The notes under the pieces are model-generated. The model did no database searches and had not been told where the DNA came from. It saw nothing but the letters and a program-made list of their open reading frames with translations. 64,000 bases of DNA from positions 1,202 to 65,201 of the forward strand of contig CAYWIS010000003.1 of assembly GCA_964458385.1 (NCBI GenBank). The letters run 5' to 3'. This document shows positions 36,010 through 44,629 of the stretch, in pieces (position 1 is the first letter of the stretch; every line of letters starts with the position of its first letter). The translations under genes were made by a program, and so were the position numbers. This DNA is from an uncultured Pirellulaceae bacterium. Lineage in GTDB: Bacteria > Planctomycetota > Planctomycetia > Pirellulales > Pirellulaceae.

Positions 36010-36951
36010 TTATTCGGGGGTGGGCGTTTCGTCCACCAAGCGTTCGATAAGGGCCTCAATAATCGCGCGCTGACCGGCTTGCAGAAAGCCACGGGTGATG
36101 ACGCGATGGGCCAAGACAGGTACGGCTAGCCGTTTCACATCGTCGGGTGCCACAAAGTCGCGGCCTTCAATTAACGCCAGCGCCTGGGCCGCGCGGTACA
36201 GGCATAACGCTCCCCGCGTGCTTACGCCAAAGTGCAGTTCCTCGCAGTGGCGCGTAGCTTCGACAATGTCGAGCAAGTAGTCGGCCACCGACTCCTCAAC
36301 TGTTACCTCGCGCACCTGCCGTTGTAGGTCGATCAATTGCTCGATGCTTATAACCGGCTGCAGATCTTCGACCGGCTCGTTCAGGCGATGACTGAAAAGC
36401 ACTTGCCGCTCGTCGGCCCGTTCGGGATAGCCCATGGAAATACGCATGAGGAACCGGTCGAGTTGGCTTTCAGGCAAGGGGTAGGTGCCCTCGAACTCGT
36501 AGGGGTTCTGGGTGGCAATGACCATAAACGGCCGCGGAAGGTCATAGGTGGCCCCATCGACAGAAACGCGGTTTTCGCTCATCGCCTCCAACAACGCACT
36601 TTGGGTGCGGGGCGGGGCGCGGTTGATCTCGTCGGCCAATACCACGTTGGCGAAAAGCGGCCCTTCCCGGAAGACAAACTGCGAAGTTTGGCTGTTAAAT
36701 ACCGAGCCCCCCACGATGTCGCTAGGCAACAGGTCGGGCGTGAACTGCAAGCGACGAAACTCGCCCGAGATACTGCGAGCCAGCGCCTTGCCGACTAGCG
36801 TCTTTCCTACACCGGGCACATCCTCGAGCAAGAGATGTTCACCAGCTAGCAGCGCCACGAGGCAACGGCGCACGACTTCGCGCTTACCTAAGACGACCGA
36901 ACATACATTGTCCTCCAATTGGGCAATCAGCCCGCCAACATCGGTCGCCAT
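36010..36951 (-). CDS. MoxR-family AAA+ ATPase
   Basis: 313 aa. It has Walker A (LLLEDVPGVGKT), Walker B (LADEINRAPPRTQSALLEAM) and the MoxR AAA_3 blocks (VIATQNPYEFEGTYPLPESQLDRF). Confidence 0.9.
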   Translation of the reverse strand: MATDVGGLIAQLEDNVCSVVLGKREVVRRCLVALLAGEHLLLEDVPGVGKTLVGKALARSISGEFRRLQFTPDLLPSDIVGGSVFNSQTSQFVFREGPLFANVVLADEINRAPPRTQSALLEAMSENRVSVDGATYDLPRPFMVIATQNPYEFEGTYPLPESQLDRFLMRISMGYPERADERQVLFSHRLNEPVEDLQPVISIEQLIDLQRQVREVTVEESVADYLLDIVEATRHCEELHFGVSTRGALCLYRAAQALALIEGRDFVAPDDVKRLAVPVLAHRVITRGFLQAGQRAIIEALIERLVDETPTPE

Positions 36952-37266
36952 GCCTATCTCAGATCTACGGGTAGTGCGTTAACGAATATCCAGCATGGTA
37001 GTCGCCTTAGCGGGGGCTGGTCCAGTCCCGAACCACCTGCTAGTAACAACCAATCACTTTGGCCCACAAATAACGCTATGCCGTAGAACCCCACCACGCC
37101 GTGAAGTGTGTTTTAGGAGCGGTCCGCGTCGACGTGCTGAGAAGTTGCCACCGGCCCGCAAGTCAAATACCATGAATGGGGTCGCCCCCACACTGGCGAA
37201 TCCGCGCGATGCAACGGCGCTTCGCACGCGTTTTGGATCTCAACAGAACAGGAGAAGAGACATCCG

Positions 37267-38745
37267 ATGGCCGATTGGATTGCGGAAGATCTCGGCCGCC
37301 GCGCCCTAGATTTAGGGCTGATCGATGAGCGTCAATTAAACGCGGTTTGGGCGGAATTCGGCCGGCACGACATTGCTGTAGAAGATTTCAGCGCTGCCCT
37401 GGTACGCCGCGAGTTCTTGACGAACTTCCAGCTCGAACGATTGATGCGCGGCGAATCGACCGGCTACTTTTACGGCGACTACAAGGTCTTGTACCTCGTC
37501 GGTTCGGGCACATTTGCGCGCGTTTACCGGGGCGTCCACCGCACCACGGGACGTGTTGCGGCGATCAAGGTGCTGCGCAAGCGGTTTGCCGATGACGCCG
37601 CGAAGACGGAGCTTTTCCTGCGCGAAGGTGAGATGGGCAAATTGCTCCGGCATCCAAACATTGTGCCAATCTACGAAGTCGCCAAAGAAAATCGCCTTCT
37701 CTACATGGTGATGGAGTTTGTCGAGGGAAGCAATCTGCGCCAGTTCGTCAAAGTGCGGGGCCGCCTTTCGCCTGAGGATTCACTGCGTGTGGCTATCGAC
37801 ATCGTCAGCGCCCTTGCCTACGCCTTTGAGAAAGGAGTCGGCCACCGCGATTTGAAGATGTCCAACGTGTTGATTACCACCAACGGCCGCGCCAAGCTGG
37901 TGGACTTCGGTTTGGCTGCCATTGCTGGCGGTATGAGCGAAGCCGAACTGGCCGACATGGAAAATCCGCGCACGATCGATTACGCCGGCTTGGAACGGGC
38001 CACCGGTGTGCGCAAGGATGACAAGCGCAGCGATATCTTTTTCGCCGGCTGTATTTTGTACAACATCATGACGGGTGTTCCGCCGTTGGCCGAGACACGT
38101 GAACGTAGCCAGCGTCTTTCGGTCGCCCGCTACCAAAACATCAAGCCGATTACCGAGATTGTGCCCGATATCCCGCGCCCTTTGGTGCAGATCTGCAACC
38201 GCGCTATGGAATTTCGGCCAGAAAAGCGTTATCAAACTCCGGCCGAGTTCCTCGCCGACTTGAAGCAACTGCAACGTAAAGCTGAGTCGGGAACATGGGA
38301 AGATGCAGCCGCCCCCACTGACGGCGAGACTCCACGCGCCGTGCCAGCCATGAGTGAAGAAGGGGTTGATCGCACGCTCATGGTCGTCGAGTCGAACAGC
38401 AAGATCCAAGACATGCTGCGCGATCCGCTCAAGAAGTGTGGGTACAAGGTGCTGGTGATCAGTAACCCGGATCGGGCCATTAGTCGTTTTGACGATGACC
38501 CCGAGGTAGCCGATTGCGTCATCTTCTCGACCATTGAGTTAGGCTACCAGGCGTTGGATGCTTTCAATCAATTCCAGGCAGGCGAGCGAACCCGCCATGT
38601 GCCGGCCGTCTTGCTGGTAGCAGAGAAGCAAAAGCCGATTATCAAAGAGGCGAAACTTGACCCGCTCCATGTAGCCGTGGCGATGCCACTAAGTCTCAAA
38701 AAGCTTCGCTCTTGGCTGCTGAAAACCTTGGCCAATAAAGTTTAG
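37267..38745 (+). CDS. Ser/Thr protein kinase with C-terminal degenerate receiver-like domain
   Basis: Hanks kinase motifs are present (GSGTFARVY, AAIKVL, HRDLKMSNVL, DFGLA). The C-terminal roughly 125 aa have a CheY-like alternating pattern (LMVVESNSKIQ...CVIFSTIELG...PAVLLVAEK...AMPLSLKKL) but lack the conserved Asp/Thr/Lys residues. Confidence 0.9.
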   Translation: MADWIAEDLGRRALDLGLIDERQLNAVWAEFGRHDIAVEDFSAALVRREFLTNFQLERLMRGESTGYFYGDYKVLYLVGSGTFARVYRGVHRTTGRVAAIKVLRKRFADDAAKTELFLREGEMGKLLRHPNIVPIYEVAKENRLLYMVMEFVEGSNLRQFVKVRGRLSPEDSLRVAIDIVSALAYAFEKGVGHRDLKMSNVLITTNGRAKLVDFGLAAIAGGMSEAELADMENPRTIDYAGLERATGVRKDDKRSDIFFAGCILYNIMTGVPPLAETRERSQRLSVARYQNIKPITEIVPDIPRPLVQICNRAMEFRPEKRYQTPAEFLADLKQLQRKAESGTWEDAAAPTDGETPRAVPAMSEEGVDRTLMVVESNSKIQDMLRDPLKKCGYKVLVISNPDRAISRFDDDPEVADCVIFSTIELGYQALDAFNQFQAGERTRHVPAVLLVAEKQKPIIKEAKLDPLHVAVAMPLSLKKLRSWLLKTLANKV

Positions 38746-38838
38746 CAAGCGTCAATCTTCCCTTTTTCCGTCATCGCGCGTGGTTGGCCCGCTGCATGAC
38801 GTCCTCGGCGATCGTATGCGCCGTTCTGGAGAAAGTCC

Positions 38839-39639
38839 ATGCTCACCGTTCGCGATGTCTGTCAATTTCTTGAGACTTTCGCTCCGCCGCAATTGGCGGA
38901 GGAATGGGATAACGTCGGTCTGTTGGTCGGGCGACAAGATCGGCCAGCGACGCGGATCATGACCTGCCTAACAATCACGCCCGATAGCGCGGCCGAGGCT
39001 ATAGAAGAAGGGACCGAGTTGATCGTTACGCATCACCCGCTCCCATTTCGGCCCTTGAAACGTTTGACCGAACAGACCACGCCGGGCTCGTTGTTACTGC
39101 AACTCATCGAAGCGGGGATTGCCATTTTCAGTCCCCATACCGCGTTCGATTCCGCTCAGGAAGGAATCAATCAGCAGCTCGCAGAAGGTTTAGGGCTCGA
39201 CCAAATCGCTCCTCTTCGAGTACGCGACGACATAACAACCGTTGAATCAACCTTGGGCGCCGGTCGTTTCGGCGTGTTGCCCACCCCAACTCCATTGGCG
39301 GAGGTAGCCGAGCGGCTAAAAACCTTTCTTAGTATCGAGCGACTGCAACTCGTAGGCGATCCACAGCGTCATGTAGAAACCATTGCCGTCGCCTGCGGCA
39401 GCGCCGGCGAGTTCCTTGAGTCCGCGCGTTATCAGAGATGCGACGCGTTTGTGACGGGCGAAACGAGCTTTCATACCTGCCTGGAAGCGGAAGCGACGGG
39501 CATTGCTCTCCTGCTTCCTGGGCATTACGCAAGCGAACGTTTTGCGGTAGAGCATCTTGCGGACGTGCTTGCTAAGACTTTCCCCAATGCTCGTGTGTGG
39601 CCAAGTCGTCGTGAGCGAGATCCCTTACGGTGGTGGTAA
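38839..39639 (+). CDS. Nif3-like dinuclear metal centre protein (GTP cyclohydrolase 1 type 2 homologue)
   Basis: 266 aa. It has NIF3-family blocks (WDNVGLLVG, LIVTHHPLPFRPLKRL, SPHTAFD, FVTGETSFH). GGAGA lies 9 nt upstream of the ATG. Confidence 0.85.
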   Translation: MLTVRDVCQFLETFAPPQLAEEWDNVGLLVGRQDRPATRIMTCLTITPDSAAEAIEEGTELIVTHHPLPFRPLKRLTEQTTPGSLLLQLIEAGIAIFSPHTAFDSAQEGINQQLAEGLGLDQIAPLRVRDDITTVESTLGAGRFGVLPTPTPLAEVAERLKTFLSIERLQLVGDPQRHVETIAVACGSAGEFLESARYQRCDAFVTGETSFHTCLEAEATGIALLLPGHYASERFAVEHLADVLAKTFPNARVWPSRRERDPLRWW

Positions 39640-39664
39640 GACAGGATCACGTACGTAGTTACCA

Positions 39665-39690
39665 GGCCGGGAACAAAGCCGTTCCCGGCC
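39665..39690. terminator. bidirectional terminator hairpin between convergent genes
   Basis: Perfect 10-bp stem GGCCGGGAAC/GTTCCCGGCC with a 6-nt loop, centred in the 86-nt gap between the nif3-like stop and the M32 carboxypeptidase stop. Confidence 0.5.
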
Positions 39691-39725
39691 CGTCCTATTC
39701 TACGCCTCGAACGCGTTATACCACC

Positions 39726-41246
39726 TTACTCAATACCGTAGAGCGGTCCCAGCTTACCGCGCAAATAGTCGATGAGCGGCTTATGGTCCAGCGGGCCGCC
39801 AGTGATCCTTTGCACCAGTTCCGCAGCGCTATAACGCTGGCCGTGCTGATGAATCTTTTCACGAAGCCAGTCACGCAAGGGGAGGAACTGCCCGAGGGTA
39901 AAGCGATGTTCCAGATCGCCCAGATCTTGGTTCGCCTGGCGGAAAAACTGGGCGGCATACAGGTTCCCTAATGCATATGTGGGGAAATAGCCAATCAACC
40001 CCGCGCTCCAATGCACATCCTGCAGTACGCCATCAGCGTCATTCGGCGGTGTAATTCCCAAGTACTGCTGATACTTGTCACTCCACGCACCAGGCAAGTC
40101 CGCCACCGAGAGGTTGCCTTCGAGCAAATCCTGCTCCAGCTCAAAGCGAATGATGATATGCAGATTGTAGGTGGCCTCGTCCGCCTCCACACGAATTAAC
40201 GACGGCCGCACATCGTTGATCGCAAAATAGAATTGGTCGAGCGTCACACCTTCCAACGCGTCAGAAAACGCCTGCCGGGCCGCAGGGAAAAAGAACTCCC
40301 AGAATGCGCGGCTGCGGCCAACCATGTTTTCCCACATCCGCGATTGCGACTCATGAATGCCCAATGACACAAACTTCCCAGGCGGAAGGCCGTAATGTTC
40401 GGCTGGCAACCCTTGATCGTAGATGCCGTGTCCCGCTTCATGCAGGATGCCGAAGAATGCCGACGGAAAGAACCGCTCGTCATAGCGGGTGGTGATGCGC
40501 GTATCACGTGGCCCAACGTTGGTGCAAAAAGGATGGTGCGTCACATCGAGTCGCCCCGACGTAAACGAAAAACCGATTCGGGCCGCCGCCTCCTTACCAA
40601 ACGCCTCTTGCGCCGCAACCGGATAAACACGTTCGAGAATCTCGAGATGTGGCGAGCGGCCACTCTCGGCAATCGCCTGGACGAGCGGCGTCAAATCATC
40701 GCGCAGCGCGGCGAGTACACGGCGCACATTACTGGTCTTCTCGTCAGGTTCGTACGCGTCGAGCAGGGCGTCATAAATACATTCATCGTAGCCTAATGCC
40801 TCTGCCTCTTGCCGCTTGAGCGTCACGATCTGCTCCAACACCGGAGCGAATGCGGCGAAATCGTTATTCTTTCGTGCCGCTACCCAGACCTGTTGTCCGC
40901 GCACAGCCAACCGCGTCAACTCTTTGACTAGCGACTCGGGTAATTTCGTCTTTTTCTCGTACTCGCGGCGCATTTGCCGGATGATACAACCAGCATCGCT
41001 ATGCGGATCGGCCGCCAAGGGCGACTCCGCCAGTTCGCCTAGCCACTCGCCCAAGCGAGGATCCGTGTGGCGCTGATGGATAATCCCTGCCAAATAGGAA
41101 ACCTGCTCGGCCCGATAATCCCCAGCCTCGGGCGGCATATACGTGCGTTCGTCCCATTCGAGCAACTGCTGCGCTGACTCCAGCAGCGCCGTCTCATGCG
41201 CATGTTGCCGAACCTTCTCCAAAAGCGAAGCGTGCGAATCCGTCAT
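39726..41246 (-). CDS. carboxypeptidase M32 (Taq-type metallocarboxypeptidase)
   Basis: ORF 39726..41447, with the start placed at the ATG at 41246 (MTDSHASLLEKVRQ). It has the diagnostic HEAGHGIYDQG (HExxH) and GIHESQSRMWEN blocks. Confidence 0.9.
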   Translation of the reverse strand: MTDSHASLLEKVRQHAHETALLESAQQLLEWDERTYMPPEAGDYRAEQVSYLAGIIHQRHTDPRLGEWLGELAESPLAADPHSDAGCIIRQMRREYEKKTKLPESLVKELTRLAVRGQQVWVAARKNNDFAAFAPVLEQIVTLKRQEAEALGYDECIYDALLDAYEPDEKTSNVRRVLAALRDDLTPLVQAIAESGRSPHLEILERVYPVAAQEAFGKEAAARIGFSFTSGRLDVTHHPFCTNVGPRDTRITTRYDERFFPSAFFGILHEAGHGIYDQGLPAEHYGLPPGKFVSLGIHESQSRMWENMVGRSRAFWEFFFPAARQAFSDALEGVTLDQFYFAINDVRPSLIRVEADEATYNLHIIIRFELEQDLLEGNLSVADLPGAWSDKYQQYLGITPPNDADGVLQDVHWSAGLIGYFPTYALGNLYAAQFFRQANQDLGDLEHRFTLGQFLPLRDWLREKIHQHGQRYSAAELVQRITGGPLDHKPLIDYLRGKLGPLYGIE

Positions 41247-41471
41247 GAAAGTGCTCCCCAAAGGTAGACATGACATTGATTGTAGGCGCCGATGAAACGC
41301 GTCGCCACTGCCGACCAGAGAGGTCAGGGGAGGGGCAGAACTGACACAAAGGGGATAATCACTGGTCCCTGTCATTTGCCCCAGCATGAACCGGCCGCCG
41401 GACCATCGAGACCGAACGCCGCGCACTGTTCCATGACATCCTGCCAATCATGCCCAGTGCGCATAAGAAAC

Positions 41472-41496
41472 GACGCCGATCAAGATGAACGGCGTC
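41472..41496 (-). terminator. possible terminator after Gfo/Idh/MocA gene
   Basis: 7-bp stem GACGCCG/CGGCGTC with an 11-nt loop, 47 nt after the stop at 41543. On the minus strand it is followed by GTTTCTTAT. An A8/T8 run lies adjacent at 41506..41513. Confidence 0.3.
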
Positions 41497-41542
41497 GCAA
41501 AGACATTTTTTTTGGAGGCTGCTGTAACGGCAACCCTCACCA

Positions 41543-42898
41543 CTATGCGAATGGCTTGTACTTACCCGGTACGGGGACCGAGGATTCATAGCCACCGTCT
41601 TTGTCAGGCAGAACCGGCGGAGTGTCGTCAAAACTGGTGAATTGATCGGTGGGAGCGATTAACTTGCCATTCGCCAGCGCATCCTCCATCCGAACCTTGT
41701 TGCCAGAGTAGGTCGCCATGCGGCCAAGAATCGCCGTCATGGTGCTCATGGCGCCATATTCACCCTCGTTAGGAATCTTCCCTTCCCGTAGCGCGCGGAA
41801 CAACACATGGTGCTCTTCTTGGTGGCCGTTGCCTCCACCGCGACCGTACTGCCACGCCAGATCGCCGTTCGGTTTATAGATCTTAGCGCCGCTGATATCC
41901 GCGTGGCCGTTGGTTCCGTGCGCAAACTCAGAAACCGAATTCCAAGTATCGGGCTGGTGCCGGCACTGGCTGAACATCTTCACGCCATTAGCGTAGGTGA
42001 ACTCGACGAAGTGATGATCATAGATGTGACCGTAATCCTTGCCTTTGCGGACCTCACGGCCACCCATACCGTTTGCCTCGACCGGCGCCGAACCGATCAG
42101 CCAGTTGCTCACATCCAGGTTGTGAATGTGCTGCTCGCAAATATGGTCGCCGCAGAGCCAATTGAAATAATACCAGTTGCGCATCTGGTATTCCATTTCC
42201 GTCTGGTTGGGTTGCCGCGGGCGCACCCAAACCCCCGGGTTGTTCCAATAAACCCGTGTGCAAACGATGTCACCGATCGCGCCATCTTTCAGACGCTTGA
42301 TCGTTTCTTTGTAGGCTTCCTCATGATGGCGCTGAAGACCAATCGCCACCGCCAAGTTCTTTTGCAGCGCCTCTTCGTTAGCCTTCAGGAACCGTTTTAC
42401 GCCAGGCGCGTCGACGGCCACAGGCTTCTCGGCAAAGACATGCTTACCAGCCTTGATCGCCGCCTCAAAGTGCTGCGGGCGAAATCCCGGCGGGGTCGCC
42501 AAGATCACAAGATCGCAGTCGCTTTCGAGAACCCCCTTGTAGCCATCGAAGCCGACAAACTGACGATCCGTGGGGACATCAACCTGCTGAGGCTTGGACG
42601 ACTTGAGGCCGCGCAGGCCCGCTTGCAGTCGATCCTCGAAGACATCGGCCATCGCCACCAGTTTGACAGCGCCGCCTTGTGTGTTCATCGCCTGGTCGGC
42701 CGCTCCGACGCCGCGGCCGCCGCACCCGATCAGGCCGATCTTGATCGTGTCGCTGCCGTAAGCGTGAGCTGCTTGAGCCACCGTTAGGCTGCTCGCGAGA
42801 TTTCCGGCAACCGCCGCACCAGCAGCCAGAATTGACGAATTCTTAATGAAGTTGCGACGGGTCGTTTTCTGCTCGGCAGACTTCGGATTATCAGGCAT
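41543..42898 (-). CDS. Gfo/Idh/MocA family oxidoreductase with TAT signal
   Basis: 451 aa. It has a twin-arginine leader (TRRNFIKNSSILAAGAAVAG), a Rossmann motif (IGLIGCGGRG) and an AEKPV block. Confidence 0.85.
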   Translation of the reverse strand: MPDNPKSAEQKTTRRNFIKNSSILAAGAAVAGNLASSLTVAQAAHAYGSDTIKIGLIGCGGRGVGAADQAMNTQGGAVKLVAMADVFEDRLQAGLRGLKSSKPQQVDVPTDRQFVGFDGYKGVLESDCDLVILATPPGFRPQHFEAAIKAGKHVFAEKPVAVDAPGVKRFLKANEEALQKNLAVAIGLQRHHEEAYKETIKRLKDGAIGDIVCTRVYWNNPGVWVRPRQPNQTEMEYQMRNWYYFNWLCGDHICEQHIHNLDVSNWLIGSAPVEANGMGGREVRKGKDYGHIYDHHFVEFTYANGVKMFSQCRHQPDTWNSVSEFAHGTNGHADISGAKIYKPNGDLAWQYGRGGGNGHQEEHHVLFRALREGKIPNEGEYGAMSTMTAILGRMATYSGNKVRMEDALANGKLIAPTDQFTSFDDTPPVLPDKDGGYESSVPVPGKYKPFA

Positions 42899-43113
42899 AA
42901 AGGCAATCCTTGAGGGTGGGGTAGGAAAGAAAGAGGCCCATCCATCTTAACTTACCCGCCTTCCCATTTCAAACGTAGGAACCGCAGCGTATGGAGCAGG
43001 CTCCATGAATTGGGTGGGCCGCGCCGTTGCATGGGCCGGTCAGGAAAGTCCCACCAAACACATACCCATACCGTTGTCCAGTTGAGCCGAACTTTAAAGG
43101 CTCTCCACCGTCG

Positions 43114-43734
43114 TTAGCACCCGCGACGGCGTGCAAGAAAGTAGAGCCCTGTGTAAACGCGCACGTCGACAAGGCAACCCTCTTGCACGCGGTCCGACAG
43201 CCAACCGTCGGCATCCCGAAGGGGAACTTCGTGAACGACTATCTTTTCACCCGCAACGCCACCTCCTTTGGCCACACGAGAAAGCCCGGAAGCCACGAAG
43301 AAATCCAACACTTCGTCGGTCAAGCCAGCTGATGATGGGCCGGTGAAGATATGCTCCAAACGAGCGGCGTAGTAGCCAGTTTCCTCCTCTAACTCACGCT
43401 GGGCTGCCTCCGCCAAGAGTTCGCCGGCGGCGCCCTCCGCATCGCCCGCCAGTCCGGCGGGAAACTCGATGACACGGCGCTGTAGTGGCGGGCGGAATTG
43501 GTCCACCAGCAATACATTGCCCTGATCCGTTAATGGAACGACGACCACGACCCCGGTGGCGCCCTTACGCGTTACATATTCCCAATGACCGCGTCGCACA
43601 AACTGAAGAAACTTGCCTTCAGCAAGAAGCTCGACTTCATCCGCTGACTTCACCGTCGAATACCTCCCCCAATGCCAGGTTGGCGAATGTCCCAATTGCT
43701 TGCCGTTGCCTTTGGAGAGAACGTCCCTCGCCAA
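43114..43734 (-). CDS. NUDIX hydrolase (ADP-ribose pyrophosphatase-like)
   Basis: It carries a Nudix box, GLAGDAEGAAGELLAEAAQRELEEETGY. The annotated start is a TTG, so the N-terminus is uncertain. Confidence 0.75.
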   Translation of the reverse strand: MARDVLSKGNGKQLGHSPTWHWGRYSTVKSADEVELLAEGKFLQFVRRGHWEYVTRKGATGVVVVVPLTDQGNVLLVDQFRPPLQRRVIEFPAGLAGDAEGAAGELLAEAAQRELEEETGYYAARLEHIFTGPSSAGLTDEVLDFFVASGLSRVAKGGGVAGEKIVVHEVPLRDADGWLSDRVQEGCLVDVRVYTGLYFLARRRGC

Positions 43735-43905
43735 GACTAAAGATATGGTCAGTGAGTCGCCCGATCGCTAGCTCCCCGAAAACGAAATTCGCAACAATTC
43801 ACCGATGCGGCGTCCCCCCAGTTTCTTCATGGCTCCGCTTCGGCACGGTAGAGCAGCGAGAATCATTATTAAGAATTCTGCTCGGCCGATCGCTTCTTGT
43901 CCCCG

Positions 43906-44103
43906 TTAATCCACATCCTCAGTCGTCGTTGGCGGAGCTTTCTCTATATGTTCTTTCTCGCCCGGTCTCTCATAGCACGTGGCGCAGATTGCGCGCGACA
44001 GACACCTGTGTTTCCCACCGAGGCGAATCACTTCGCCTTTCATATGCTCGCAATCCGTGCGAATGAGGTGAATGTACGATCGCGTCCACCGTTTTGCTTG
44101 CAT
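43906..44103 (-). CDS. small Cys/His-containing hypothetical protein (65 aa)
   Basis: ORF 43906..44166, with an internal ATG at 44103 giving MQAKRWTRSYIHLIRTDCEHMKGEVIRLGGKHRCLSRAICATCYERPGEKEH... No family was recognised. It is on the same strand as, and downstream of, the 101-aa ORF. Confidence 0.3.
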   Translation of the reverse strand: MQAKRWTRSYIHLIRTDCEHMKGEVIRLGGKHRCLSRAICATCYERPGEKEHIEKAPPTTTEDVD

Positions 44104-44323
44104 AGGCAAGGGACAAACATTCCCTAGGATCGTGTTCGCCCTAGATGACGATTGTTGTTCATGCACTTATACAAGAGGTGATCGCGAAAACCTTGGCCCG
44201 AGTCTCGCCTATTTTCGCAGAGGTCCGTTGCGTGAACGTCCCCACGTTAGTTGCTCTCCTCAGCAAGTGCGCACCGCGTGCGCCAATCCTCGGCATAAAC
44301 TTCCACACCTTGCGTGCGAAGGT

Positions 44324-44629
44324 TTAGTCCTCGGGAACTCGGTTTCGGCGATCGCGCATCGCCGCGTAACCGGTGCGAGTTAAGGAATACGCGCCATGGA
44401 ATCCTTCTTTGACAAGATAGCCTTTCTCGGTCAATTTCCGCAAAGCGTCGCGGCGCTTGGCGTGATCCTGGCCGTTGAAACACAACATCTGGCCAGGGAG
44501 CATAAGGAACCGGCGAAAAGTTTCCAGTACGCTTCGTTCGGCTTTCGACAGCAAAGTGTTCTCCCGGTAGACGAGGGTGGGACGGACTCTCCCTTTACTA
44601 TACCAGAACTTGACGAAGTTCGCTCGCAT
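44324..44629 (-). CDS. small hypothetical protein (101 aa), possible winged-helix C-terminal half
   Basis: ATG start. The composition looks protein-like. LRKLTEKGYLVKEGFHGAYSLTRTGYAAM resembles the recognition-helix/wing region of MarR/PadR-type wHTH proteins. This rests on pattern only. Confidence 0.4.
   Translation of the reverse strand: MRANFVKFWYSKGRVRPTLVYRENTLLSKAERSVLETFRRFLMLPGQMLCFNGQDHAKRRDALRKLTEKGYLVKEGFHGAYSLTRTGYAAMRDRRNRVPED

Noticed and set aside
41807-42787. 326-aa plus-strand ORF, the longest antisense ORF
   Set aside because: It lies entirely antisense to the TAT-signal Gfo/Idh/MocA oxidoreductase, which has clear family motifs. The antisense product is Arg/Leu/Ala/Val-rich with no domain. 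The same reasoning applies to 3930..4667, 4926..5534, 27260..28009, 28076..28708, 30482..31369, 36337..36982, 37780..38409, 52586..53236, 61433..62074 and similar shadow ORFs.
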